Part shown: in pieces, positions 1 through 10,457 of the stretch
Layout: each line of letters begins with the position of its first letter
Position numbering within the stretch: position 1 is the first letter of the stretch
NCBI RefSeq assembly: GCF_003428155.1
Contig: NZ_QLIR01000024.1
Span: 1 to 24,284, forward strand
Source: Fastidiosibacter lacustris
GTDB taxonomy: Bacteria > Pseudomonadota > Gammaproteobacteria > Francisellales > Francisellaceae
Direction of reading: 5' to 3'
Length of the DNA: 24,284 nucleotides
Program-made: the position numbers and the translations under genes
Notes under the pieces: model-generated
Databases searched by the model: none
Told to the model about the DNA's origin: nothing
The model's input: only the letters and a program-made list of their open reading frames with translations

Positions 1-1
1 A

Positions 2-137
2 ACACCAATAGCAACTTTTACTGATGGGAAAACGCACTGGCAAGAGAAGGTTGAATTGCTCAACCATATCTGACAAAAATCGCGTTTGAAAAATAGGCAA
101 CTGTCAGGTCAAGTCTAAACTTATACACATTACACTT
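2..137 (+). mobile_element. Possible 3' end of an IS481/IS3-like insertion sequence: transposase C-terminal tail (2-73) plus terminal non-coding end
   Basis: Frame 2 is open from the window edge and reads TPIATFTDGKTHWQEKVELLNHI* (stop 71-73), resembling the 'GKTPMxTFxDGKxxxxEK' tail of IS481-like transposases. It is followed by CAACTGTCAGGTCAAGTCTAAACTTATACACATTACA. Family recalled from pattern only; other end not in window. Confidence 0.4.
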
Positions 138-254
138 TATGTTTCAAAATTATTTAAGTTTTGGTTGGTGTAATTCTCTTAATCCGTTATTTCATTTGCA
201 ACTTCTATGAGGTAGAATCCCTCAATATGAAGATAGGCAGTATTGTTAAACTAT

Positions 255-2057
255 ATGAAAAAAACGTTCTATAATATTCCAGCGACACGTTTATTGCCTA
301 GCAAATGGGATTTGTTTTCACTCTTTTTTGTATTGTCTATGATTTTTATTATTGCTTGGGTGTGTAGTAGCTTGGGTGGTAGTGTTGACTATCGTAATAT
401 TGATACTTTAGCTAAATATGAGCATGTTTCTATGAATTTGTGGAATTTGCCAAAGTATGCGGCAAATACAACTGTTCGAATGTTTATCGCACTTTTTTGT
501 TCATTCGTTTTTAGCTTTGTAATTGGGGCGTGGGCTGCTAAGAGTAAACGTGCTGAGGGCATTATTATTCCTATTATTGATATTTTACAATCCATTCCTA
601 TTTTGGGTTTTTTAGCGATCACGATTACAGGATTTTTAGCTATCTTTCCCTATTCTTTGTGGGGTGCTCAACTTGCTGTTATCTTTGGGTTATTCACTGC
701 TCAAGCTTGGAATATGATGCTAAGTTTCTATCAATCGTTAAAGACAATACCAAAGGAATTAAGAGAAGCTGCTGATATGTATCAGCTATCTGGATGGCAG
801 CGTTTTTGGAAATTGGAAGTACCTTTTTCTATGCCTGGTCTGATATGGAATACGATGATGTCAATGTCAGCCAGTTGGTTTATGATTGTAGCGTCTGAGA
901 GCATCGTTGTTAATTTTTCTCAAACGACTTCTGCTACCATTAATCTTCCAGGAATCGGCACTTTTATTGATCAAGCTAATAATGAACGTGATTTTAGTGC
1001 GGTTTTTTTAGCTATTATTGTAATGCTTGTGGTGATCATTTTATATGATCAACTGATTTTTAGACCAATTGTTAAATGGTCAGAAAAGTTTGTTGTTACA
1101 GAAATACAGCAAGAAATAGGATCCAATTCATGGTTTTTAAAACTATTGCAACGTTCAACAATTTTGCAAGGCTTTAGCCATTTTATGGCGTTACAAGCAA
1201 ATCGCATCGTCAATATTTCGTGGTTTAAAAAGGACTTAAATAAGAACTACAATCAGCTTAAGCATCAAAAAGATGATGGGAGTAATTCGCGTCTACAGGC
1301 GGCAATTTGGCAGTTGTGTGTCGCTGTTAGCATTGGTCTGTTCATTTATCTTGCATGGCAGTTTATCTATGGCAACAAGGAGGCACCCATTACATTTGCT
1401 GAAACTTTAAAAGTATTTGGATATGGGCTATTGACAGGGTTACGTGTATTTATATTAATAATCATTGCTTCAATTATCTGGGTGCCTATTGGTATTTGGA
1501 TTGGTTTGCGCCCAACTGTCGCTGAGAAAGTGCAGCCTTACGCTCAAATTTTTGCAGCTTTTCCAGTAAATGTGTTATACGGATTGTTTGGCACGGTGGT
1601 GATTGCATTTAATCTGAATTTTAATATTTGGTGTATATTGCTGATGGCATTAGGTACTCAATGGTATATTTTGTTTAACGTGATTGCTGGTGCTTCTGCT
1701 ATTCCACATGAACTTAAAATGGCTGCTAAAAATATGCAATTAAAAGGAACTGTAAAATGGTTTAAGTTCTTGTTTCCTGCTGTTATGCCTTTTTATGTAA
1801 CAGGTGCAATTACTGCTGCAGGTGGTGCCTGGAATGCAAGTATCGTTTGCGAATATATCAATTGGGGTAAAGATTCAGTGATTATGGCTTCAGGGATTGG
1901 TGCTTATATTTCTGAGCAATATAATGCACCAGGCGATCATACGGCAAATATTGCGCTAGGTGTGGTAGTAATGTGTGTTTTGGTAGTGCTTACAAATAAA
2001 TTGTTCTGGCGCAAACTTTATAATTACGCTGAAAAGCGTTTTAGTATGAATATGTAA
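255..2057 (+). CDS. ABC-type anion/NitT-TauT-like transporter, duplicated (fused) permease
   Basis: About 600 aa with many TM segments and two BPD_transp_1-like halves, each with an EAA-like loop ('IPKELREAADMYQLSGWQRFWKLEVPFSMPGLIW' and 'IPHELKMAAKNMQLKGTVKWFKFLFPAVMPFYV'). The ORF track starts at TTG 243; ATG 255 is the alternative start. Confidence 0.85.
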   Translation: MKKTFYNIPATRLLPSKWDLFSLFFVLSMIFIIAWVCSSLGGSVDYRNIDTLAKYEHVSMNLWNLPKYAANTTVRMFIALFCSFVFSFVIGAWAAKSKRAEGIIIPIIDILQSIPILGFLAITITGFLAIFPYSLWGAQLAVIFGLFTAQAWNMMLSFYQSLKTIPKELREAADMYQLSGWQRFWKLEVPFSMPGLIWNTMMSMSASWFMIVASESIVVNFSQTTSATINLPGIGTFIDQANNERDFSAVFLAIIVMLVVIILYDQLIFRPIVKWSEKFVVTEIQQEIGSNSWFLKLLQRSTILQGFSHFMALQANRIVNISWFKKDLNKNYNQLKHQKDDGSNSRLQAAIWQLCVAVSIGLFIYLAWQFIYGNKEAPITFAETLKVFGYGLLTGLRVFILIIIASIIWVPIGIWIGLRPTVAEKVQPYAQIFAAFPVNVLYGLFGTVVIAFNLNFNIWCILLMALGTQWYILFNVIAGASAIPHELKMAAKNMQLKGTVKWFKFLFPAVMPFYVTGAITAAGGAWNASIVCEYINWGKDSVIMASGIGAYISEQYNAPGDHTANIALGVVVMCVLVVLTNKLFWRKLYNYAEKRFSMNM

Positions 2058-2107
2058 TTTGGCGTGAGAAAGAAGAAACGACTCTACTTAATAAATAAAG
2101 GATAATC

Positions 2108-3457
2108 ATGATTAATAACGATAGTATAGTATCGAAAGCTCACAATGTGAGCTCAAAGGAAATACAGCGTATATTATGTGTTGACAAGGTATCCAAAGCC
2201 TTTAAAAAACCTGATAAGCAAGATTTAATGGTACTTGAAGATGTCGATTTTACAATGAAAGAAGGTGAAATAATTGCTCTTCTAGGAAAGTCTGGCTCTG
2301 GTAAATCTACTTTGCTAAGAATCATTGCAGGACTGACTGCACCTACTACAGGGGAAGTAATTTATCGCGACAAAAAGGTATCAGGACCTGTTCCTAATGT
2401 GTCAATGGTTTTTCAAAGCTTTGCTTTGATGCCGTGGTTGACCGTATTGCAAAATGTAGAGTTAGGTCTAGAAGCACGTAATATCAGTGCCAGTGAGCGT
2501 AAAGAAAAAGCATTAAAAGCGATTGATATGATTGGTTTGGATGGTTTTGAAAACGCATATCCCAAAGAGCTATCAGGCGGGATGCGTCAGCGTGTGGGTT
2601 TTGCACGTGCGCTTGTATTGCAGCCAGACTTGTTGTTAATGGATGAGCCCTTCTCAGCACTTGATGTGTTAACGGCAGAAAATTTGCGTGAAGATTTATT
2701 GGAGTTATGGGAAAAAAATGATGCGATGAAGGGAATCTTATATGTTACTCATAATATTGAAGAGGCAGTGCTCACAGCGGATAGAATCATTATTTTTGGT
2801 AGTAATCCTGGCTTTATTCGAGGAGAACTTAAAGTTGACTTACCTCATCCAAGAAACTCTCAAGATGAGGCTGTCACCGATTTAATTGATGAAGTATACC
2901 GAATGATGACAACAGCAGAAACAAGAGAGCTAACTGAGCGCATGAATAAGCGTAAAGCACTTAATATTGGTTATCGATTGCCAGATGCTGAAGTTTCTGA
3001 GTTAACTGGATTATTGACTGAGATGGATGATTTACAAGCTAAAGGCTCAATCGACTTACCTGATTTGGCAGATCATGTGCGCTTAGATATTGATGATTTG
3101 TTTCCAATTATTGAAACTTTATCCGTACTTCATTTAGCTAGTGTATCAGATGGGGATATTACAATGACTACCTTGGGTAAACACTTTATGTCCGCAGATA
3201 TTGAGGAGCGTAAAGTGATCTTTTCTAAGCTTTTAGTGCAGCATATTCCATTGGCGCGTCATGTGATAAAAGTTTTAAAGGAACGCCCAAATAAAAAAGC
3301 GCCAGAATCACGTTTCTTATCTGAGCTTGAAGATTATTTAAGCGATGATGAAGCTGTACGTGTGTTTAATACCTTTATTAATTGGGCGCGTTATGCTGAG
3401 ATTGTTGAATACGACGCCGCAATAGGTATATTAAGCTTAGATGAAACCAATACCTAA
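2108..3457 (+). CDS. ABC transporter ATP-binding protein with extended C-terminal AAA-associated domain
   Basis: Walker A GKSGSGKSTL, signature LSGGMRQRVGFARAL, Walker B LLLMDEPFSALD, and H-loop YVTHNIEEAV. Roughly 190 aa C-terminal extension. 50 nt downstream of the permease. Confidence 0.9.
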   Translation: MINNDSIVSKAHNVSSKEIQRILCVDKVSKAFKKPDKQDLMVLEDVDFTMKEGEIIALLGKSGSGKSTLLRIIAGLTAPTTGEVIYRDKKVSGPVPNVSMVFQSFALMPWLTVLQNVELGLEARNISASERKEKALKAIDMIGLDGFENAYPKELSGGMRQRVGFARALVLQPDLLLMDEPFSALDVLTAENLREDLLELWEKNDAMKGILYVTHNIEEAVLTADRIIIFGSNPGFIRGELKVDLPHPRNSQDEAVTDLIDEVYRMMTTAETRELTERMNKRKALNIGYRLPDAEVSELTGLLTEMDDLQAKGSIDLPDLADHVRLDIDDLFPIIETLSVLHLASVSDGDITMTTLGKHFMSADIEERKVIFSKLLVQHIPLARHVIKVLKERPNKKAPESRFLSELEDYLSDDEAVRVFNTFINWARYAEIVEYDAAIGILSLDETNT

Positions 3458-3783
3458 TAGGTATAAATGAATATAGAGTAATTAAGATGCTAGTGTGTAC
3501 TTATTTAAGTGGCTTTTGATACTAAAATTAAACAATAATCACTAACCATATCAATTGTCATACTGGATTATCACTCATGATGTATTTAAGGAATGGGGCA
3601 CTGAAAAGTGATCAAATCGTATGTTCAAGTTGAATGCAATGTGAAATTATCGTGCCTTGGATAGAAAATGGAACATTCAAAGCGGTATTAGATATGGGTT
3701 TTGACAATTTAGTGACATTTGATCATATAGGTCAATTTTATTTAGAACAATTGTTGGCTTCGTTATAATGTTGGGTAGTAATT

Positions 3784-5832
3784 TTGACAGAGTATTATAG
3801 CATTGATATTAAAAAACTATTTTCAGACGCTGGTTTGCACATGCGTGAAGCACAACTTCAGATGATTGAAGCTGTTAAAATAGCACTGGTTAATGATGAA
3901 AAAATTATAATTGAAGCCCCGACGGCAACAGGTAAGAGTTTTGCATATTTATTGGGTGCTCTGCTAGCTAACAAAATGCGATGTGAGCAAGGACATGAAA
4001 AACTTACCATTGTTCTATCAACAGCAACCGTGGCATTGCAAGAGCAATTAATGGATAAAGACTTACCGTTTATTCACAAGCTACTACAAGCACATGATTT
4101 AGCTTTTAGCTATCAGCTAGCAAAAGGGCGTTCACGTTATTTGTGTCCGCGGAAATTGCATAGCCATAGCTTAATAGAAACTGATTTAATTACCGAAGCA
4201 GAAAGTTTAGATAAGCGATTTCAAAAAGATTGGGATGGCGATTTTGATTTATTAGAGGAACCCCTTTCAAAAACACTGATGCAAGAGATATATAATACCA
4301 GTAGCTCATGCTCATTTACTCGTTGTGAATATTATCGCGAATGCCCGTTTTTGATAGCACGTCAAGGCTTAAAAAAAGTAGACATAATTGTTACTAACCA
4401 CAGTTTACTACTATCTCATTTAGATTTAGGAGATGGTTCGATTTTACCTAAATTTGAAAAGAGTATATACATAGTTGATGAATGCCATCATTTACCAGAT
4501 CGAGCGTTAAAGTCTTTGTCAGGTTTTGCATCATTATTGGGTTCTCACACTTGGATTAACGATGTTGATAAGTTATTAAATGCTTTACCAGCAGAACTTG
4601 CGGATAAAACTCGGCGTGAAAATTGGAAGCTTGTATGTACAAACCTCATTCAGCAACTCACCTATATGCAACAACTTATAGATCCACTTTATCGGCAAGC
4701 ACAAAAAGAAGAAACCGTGTGGCGTATCAAACATTTGGACGATGAAATGCTTAAGCTTGCAACAGAAATTAAAACTTCTGCGAGTTTCTATGTTATACAA
4801 TGTCAAAAACTTAAAGATGAGCTCGATAATTTTATTGAAAAAAATGAAATATATTCAGTAAGTAGTTTGGAAAAACAATTTACCCAAATGGGTTTTTTAT
4901 TGGAGCGTGCTCAAAATTTGCAGATGGTATGGTCATTGATGATAAACTCAGCCACTTCCCCACCGATTGCAAAGTGGGTTATTCCACATGATAAAAAAAT
5001 CAAGCAGGAAGAAATCCAAACGGATATATTGGCAACCAGTTTTCAAGATTATGATATTCATGCTTCACCAATTGAAGCAGCATCATTGCTGAAACAAGCA
5101 TTCTGGCAACACGTTCAACACGGGGTGGTATTGTGTTCTGCGACTGTACGCTCATTGGGGAAATTTGATCGATTTTTAAATGCTATAGCGCTTAAAAAAG
5201 AAGCAAAAACGCTGCTCTTGCCCTCACCATTAAATTATGAAAAATCAAAGATGATTATTCCTAATATGAAAAATGAACCAGTACAGCAAGAAAATCATAT
5301 TGATGAAACAGCAAAACTACTTAATGAACTCTATTTAAAGGACTTGCATGAAGGTGCTTTGGTATTGTTTACGAGTATCTATGCAATGGAAAAAGTCTAT
5401 ATGCGTCTTAGTGCTCAACTGAAAAAAATTACCTTAGTTCAAGGAGATCGCTCAAAGCAAGCAATGATTGCCATCCATAAAAAACGCATAGATGCTTTTA
5501 AACCTTCAGTTATTTTTGGTGTAGATAGTTTTTCAGAAGGAGTAGATTTGCCTGGTGCATATTTAACACGCTTAATTATTCATAAACTGCCATTTTCTGT
5601 GCCAACAAATCCGATTGATAAAACGCGCGCTGAGTGGTTAGAATCTATCAATCGCAAGCCATTTATGGATATATCCTTGCCGCAAGCTTCTTTAAAGCTT
5701 ACTCAAATGGTTGGTCGCTTAGTCCGCACTGAGTCGGATGTTGGTGAAGTGATTATTTTGGATAGGCGCTTAAAAACAAAATTTTATGGTAAAGCATTAT
5801 TAGATAATTTGCCACCTTTTCAAATTATTTAG
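3784..5832 (+). CDS. dinG: DinG/XPD-like ATP-dependent DNA helicase
   Basis: Walker A EAPTATGKSFAYLLG, STATVALQEQL, Fe-S cysteines (GRSRYLCPRKL ... CSFTRCEYYRECPF), DECHH (DEAH-type) box, VVLCSATVRSLG, and SFSEGVDLPG. TTG start; no ATG at the 5' end. Confidence 0.85.
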   Translation: MTEYYSIDIKKLFSDAGLHMREAQLQMIEAVKIALVNDEKIIIEAPTATGKSFAYLLGALLANKMRCEQGHEKLTIVLSTATVALQEQLMDKDLPFIHKLLQAHDLAFSYQLAKGRSRYLCPRKLHSHSLIETDLITEAESLDKRFQKDWDGDFDLLEEPLSKTLMQEIYNTSSSCSFTRCEYYRECPFLIARQGLKKVDIIVTNHSLLLSHLDLGDGSILPKFEKSIYIVDECHHLPDRALKSLSGFASLLGSHTWINDVDKLLNALPAELADKTRRENWKLVCTNLIQQLTYMQQLIDPLYRQAQKEETVWRIKHLDDEMLKLATEIKTSASFYVIQCQKLKDELDNFIEKNEIYSVSSLEKQFTQMGFLLERAQNLQMVWSLMINSATSPPIAKWVIPHDKKIKQEEIQTDILATSFQDYDIHASPIEAASLLKQAFWQHVQHGVVLCSATVRSLGKFDRFLNAIALKKEAKTLLLPSPLNYEKSKMIIPNMKNEPVQQENHIDETAKLLNELYLKDLHEGALVLFTSIYAMEKVYMRLSAQLKKITLVQGDRSKQAMIAIHKKRIDAFKPSVIFGVDSFSEGVDLPGAYLTRLIIHKLPFSVPTNPIDKTRAEWLESINRKPFMDISLPQASLKLTQMVGRLVRTESDVGEVIILDRRLKTKFYGKALLDNLPPFQII

Positions 5833-5844
5833 AAAAAGGATCGT

Positions 5845-5877
5845 TTGGATCAGTCTACTCATCCAAGAGCCATTTTT
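5845..5877 (+). terminator. Weak terminator-like hairpin after dinG
   Basis: TTGGAT (5845-5850) / ATCCAA (5861-5866), followed within a few nt by ATTTTT. Short AT-rich stem. Confidence 0.25.
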
Positions 5878-6203
5878 GTCTATTTCATAAAGCACCTCTT
5901 TTATTTAATTAGGATGTTTAATAGTCTAGTTTAGACCGGACAATTCATGTGTTCTTACTTAGGACATTTTATTTATTCTCTACAACTATTAAGACAGTTT
6001 GAGGTAGAGTAATAATTAGTTGTGACCTGCTTCACATAACTTGTTTTATTGATTATATTCATGTCGCTTTTTACATAGTTTTCCATAAACCAATAACTTT
6101 TAAATGCGATTACCCTGTAAAAGATATAGGGTCTTTGCTTGCGTGGTTGAGTATTAGGAAATATTATAGTAAATTAATTTTCAATTAGGAGGGATATCAC
6201 CGT

Positions 6204-9200
6204 ATGGATAGTATTGAATCAGTTCTTGAATTTTGGCAATTATGTGAATTATCTGATTTTAAAAGATTCAATTGTGCAAAAGAAAACGTCTCCCCTTTAG
6301 ACTTATCACAGATTAATAAATTTAAACAAATAGCTAATGAATATAGCAAATCGAATAACAAGGACTATAGAGTAAAAATAGACAATAAAACAACTAATAT
6401 ATATAAAGTTTATTTAGGACTTATCCAAGCAAAAGAAGCAATAAGATACGTTTACGATGCTTTTAAGAAAAGTGGTTTACTAGGCGAAGATATAGATATT
6501 ATTAATGCACTTGAAAAAGAGTTTGAGAAAATAAAGAAGCAAGATTGTACCTATCTAGCATACCTATATCTTGATCATAATTTGAATATAGTTTCAATTA
6601 AAGGTAATTGTTTTAATATAAATCCTATTTTTTATATATCAGCTATGCTACCTGATAAAAGTAAGTTAAATAATTTTGAACTGAATAACTTTGCAGAGGG
6701 ATATAGTGATGAGTTTAAAATAAAACATGAGGTGATCAATAGAAGCAATACTATTGTTATACCTGATGTTCAAAATCTTCTTAAGATTGGTCAGTATCCA
6801 AATGCTTTAAAGACATTATTATCATGTGATAAGTGTACACATCTATACATTTTTAACGAAACTATTAATGAAATACTTAACATTGCCAATACGTTATCTC
6901 ACCCATGTAGCAAGAATGCCTCTAATATCCTTGATGAAATATCCAAAGTAAAAAACAATCAGATTGAAGAACCTCGTCAATATCCTTATATATGTTTTGC
7001 AGAACGTCGAAGAGAACACTATGAACATTGTCATGAAGAATATTTATTAAACTCAGCAATTAAATTGCCATCGGAACAACCGTTTAGCTTTGTTTTTTTA
7101 TATACCAAGCATGAGTTGAGAAACTTTAGTATAAATCTTCCTATAAATTTATATTTAATCACGTGGTTTGATAAAGAGCTTTTCTATACACCACCGCTTG
7201 TTTCTTAAAATAAACCTGTAGATCAAAAAATTTTAGACTCAATATTTCGTCACATAAAAGACAGACTAAATATACCTGAAAATTTTTCATGTATTCAAAA
7301 ACCGTATTTTTTTGCTAAACGATATGAGAATCACAATATTAGACGTATTCATTCAATCGTTAAAACGAGCTTAACGAGTTACTATATTGATTCTCTTCGT
7401 GAAAGACTTAGTAAACTCTCATTGCCATATATTATGGGGAAATCTCAGCGTATTGATGTGAATGATGGCAATATTAATACTAGAAAATCTATCAATGACC
7501 TTAAATATTTTAAACTTGTAAATAGTCGGTGGCCAAATAGTCATGCCCTTTACTATGCACAACAAGCAGCAGTAAACCTTTTTATCTCAAATCATAATAA
7601 ATCAAATGAGAACATATTTAGCATTAATGGTCCTCCAGGTACTGGGAAAACAACACTATTACAAGATGTTATTGCTTATATCGTAACTAAAAGAGTGGAA
7701 AATTATCTCAAGCGTGATGGTAAAATATTTGACAATAATTCTCTACGAGATGATATATGCGGAAAGTACGAGATATTAGTCACTTCTCACAATAATAGCG
7801 CCATTAAAAATATAACTGAGGACTTGCCTCAAGCTAAAAAGATAAACTTTGATTACCTTAAAGCTAGTAAAGAGGATTTTTTGCTTCACGATTGTGCAAA
7901 GAAATTCTATGACTCTATTATAACTAATAAAGAACAAAAGGATGAAGGCGAAGACAATAAAAAAGACGACCGTACATATTGGAGCTTCATTGCTTTAACA
8001 TTAGGAAAAAAGGATAACTTTACAAAATTTAAAACTGCCTTTCAATCTGTGCTTGACTATATTGAAGATGATAGAAACCTGCACAATGAAAGACTAAGAG
8101 ATCATCAGTATTTGACACATAGGATGGCTAGATTAAAAAGTGAATTCTTAGCTATAAAATCAGAAATTATAAGTATCAATAAATTATTTGAGCAACTATC
8201 AGGTCTGCACGAACTAGATAAGAAAATAAACACCCTACAAACTTCGATTAAAGATACTTCTAGCGGTATAGCATCATTGAAATCAGAAATTCAGAAGCAT
8301 AAGAGTAGAGCCGATGAGCTAAATGCAGAGAGTGTTTTTTTAAATGAACAGATTAAGATCACAAATCATCGCTTAGTGGTGAAAGAGACAGCGATAGGGA
8401 GTTTTGGTTTTTTTGCAAAAATTTTCAAAAATAGTGCGTTTAATAAACTTGTTCATGAAAAATCTTCTATAGCAGCAACACTAGACAATCATTTAAGCCA
8501 ACTGCATAAAGTAAATAGTGAAAATAAAGAAACCAAAAAGCAACTAGATGACTTGAGCAGCAAGCTAAGCCAAAATATATCTATTCAAAAGGCGAAAGGA
8601 AACGAGTGTCAAAAAATGATAAATCTTAAATCCTTTCTTCTCAAGAAAAGTGAGGATTGCAACATTAATAATGAGAACTATTATCGGCTTTGTGAAGAAA
8701 ATATACAAAAAAATAGCCTGTTTAATAAACCTAATTATCTTGAGAAAAAAGCACAGCTATTTAAGGTAAGTATCCAAATTAGTGAAGTTATTTTCTTGCT
8801 CAACATTGATAAATTTGCCAATGAAATAAAGTTTTACCATGATAATTATGCAAAAAGAGATTTGTGTAACTCCGATAAAATAAAACTACAAAAAGCTTTC
8901 TCTGCTATTTTTTATGTTTTTCCAGTTATATCAACCACGCTAGCATCATCTTATACGATGCTCCGCAATATATCTCAGTATGGTACTTTGCTATGTGATG
9001 AATCAGGTCAAGCCACCCCGCAATCTTTAATTGGTTCTTTAAATAGAGCAAATAATGCTTTAATTATTGGAGATCCACTGCAGATAAAACCCGTATTTAC
9101 AGCTCCAGAGATTGTAATAAAAATACTTCAAGAAAATTTTAATATTGATGATATATATTCACCTTTTGTATCATCAGCACAACAACTCGCAGATAATGCT

Positions 9201-9815
9201 AATATATATGGCTCATTTTATACTGTTGAAAATAAGAAAGTATGGGTTGGAATGCCGTTAGTTGTTCATACTCGCTGTGTAAATCCAATGTTTAACATAT
9301 CAAATACAATTTCGTATAATCAAAAAATGGTTCTAGCAACACCACCTATTAAGAGTGAGGATAAAATAAACTCCCTTCCTAAGAGTGGTTGGATTAATGT
9401 TTATTCAGAGACTGAAGACTTTAGAAATAACGGATCAACAAAAGAAGAAACTGAACTGTTCAATTTTATTGAGCTATATAAGGAAGAATTAGGAGAAGAA
9501 TACTTTATCATCTCGCCGTTTAATGCTATATATGATATTTCTTGTGGCTCACGTGAAAGTAAATTAGGGACTGTTCATACTTTTCAAGGACAGCAAAGTG
9601 ATGTCGTTTTTATAGTGCTTGGTGGAAAGAATCCAGGTTCCAACGCATGGGTTGCTTCAACAGCCAATATACTTAATGTTGCCATTACAAGGGCAAAAAA
9701 AAGAGCTTATATTTTTGGAGACTACAATGTATGGAAAAAGTATAATTATTTCAATGTTGCGGCAGACAATTTAAAACCAATTAACTATAAAAATAAAAGC
9801 CTTATAACATATTGA
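6204..9815 (+). pseudogene. Large superfamily-1 (UPF1/COG1112-like) helicase/AAA protein, frame interrupted by one in-frame TAA at 7206-7208
   Basis: ORFs 6204-7208 and 7422-9815 are in the same frame, and 7209-7421 is open and coding-like in that frame. Walker A GPPGTGKTTLLQD (7629 on), motif II LLCDESGQATPQS, GDPLQIKP, TFQGQQSDVVFIVLGG, and NVAITRAKKRAYIFGD. Strong SD (AGGAGGG) before ATG 6204. Whether it is truly inactive is unknown. Confidence 0.7.
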
Positions 9816-10022
9816 AAACAGATTAGAAAAAGAGCAGTGTAAACTCAAACATAAGAATGGGAAAGCGTGAGTAAGTACCAACCTGCTTAATTAGAACATA
9901 TCCCCTTCCTTTAGAGATGGAGGGATGTCAATTGAGTGCACTTTATTCGATCTTAATTTATTGACACAAACGTTAAAACTGATTACCCTGGGTGCAAATG
10001 ATACTAAGTTAGTCCTATTTTG

Positions 10023-10457
10023 ATGTTAAAGGTCAGTAAACTTGCTGATTATGCGGTTATGACTGTGTTGAAAATTGCACAATCCCCACAGGCTTTACAT
10101 AGCGCAACCGATCTTGTGGCAGTGACGAGGCTTAACCTGCCAACCTTACGTAAGATTCTAAAAATATTAAGCAACAAGGGGATTTTACATGCCAAACGCG
10201 GTTCAGAGGGTGGTTATGAGTTAGTAAAAGATATCAAAACGTTATCCGTATTGGATGTGGTAGAAGCGATTGATGGGCAACTTGCTTTTACCGAATGCTG
10301 TGAGAAAGGATTTAAGTATTGTGCTGTGACTAATTGTCAAATGAGTAGTTACTGGCATGTGATTAATAAGAAAGTGCGTGAAACATTGAATGTATTTTCG
10401 ATACAAGAACTCATAAATAGAGAAATCAATAGCAAAGAGATTAAGCATTATGACTGA
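10023..10457 (+). CDS. Rrf2-family SUF-system transcriptional regulator (IscR/SufR-like)
   Basis: [20 protein letters not shown]-terminus, winged HTH '[27 protein letters not shown]', and cysteine cluster [14 protein letters not shown]. Overlaps sufB by 8 nt. The track start 10020 is a TTG; ATG 10023 is preferred. Confidence 0.9.
   Translation: MLKVSKLADYAVMTVLKIAQSPQALHSATDLVAVTRLNLPTLRKILKILSNKGILHAKRGSEGGYELVKDIKTLSVLDVVEAIDGQLAFTECCEKGFKYCAVTNCQMSSYWHVINKKVRETLNVFSIQELINREINSKEIKHYD

Noticed and set aside
389-622. Minus-strand ORF inside the permease gene (and similar antisense or alternate-frame ORFs at 2140, 4585, 10242, 10770, 11519, 14875, 15520, 16272, 16307, 17874, 19469, 19475, 20657, 21397, 22810)
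   Set aside because: All are short, lie wholly or almost wholly inside well-supported genes, lack recognisable motifs and are best explained as shadow ORFs.
5991-6041. CTCTACAACTA ... GTAGAG ... TAGTTGT potential pseudoknot or inverted repeat after dinG
   Set aside because: The complementary halves occur in swapped order with short arms in AT-rich sequence; plausible by chance.
7422-9815. Independent gene starting at 7422
   Set aside because: The start is a TTG with no SD, and coding-like sequence continues upstream in the same frame to the TAA of the preceding ORF.
9902-9933. Terminator-like inverted repeat (CCCCTTCC ... GGAGGGA) before the SUF regulator
   Set aside because: Pairing is imperfect and there is no T-tract; too weak to call.
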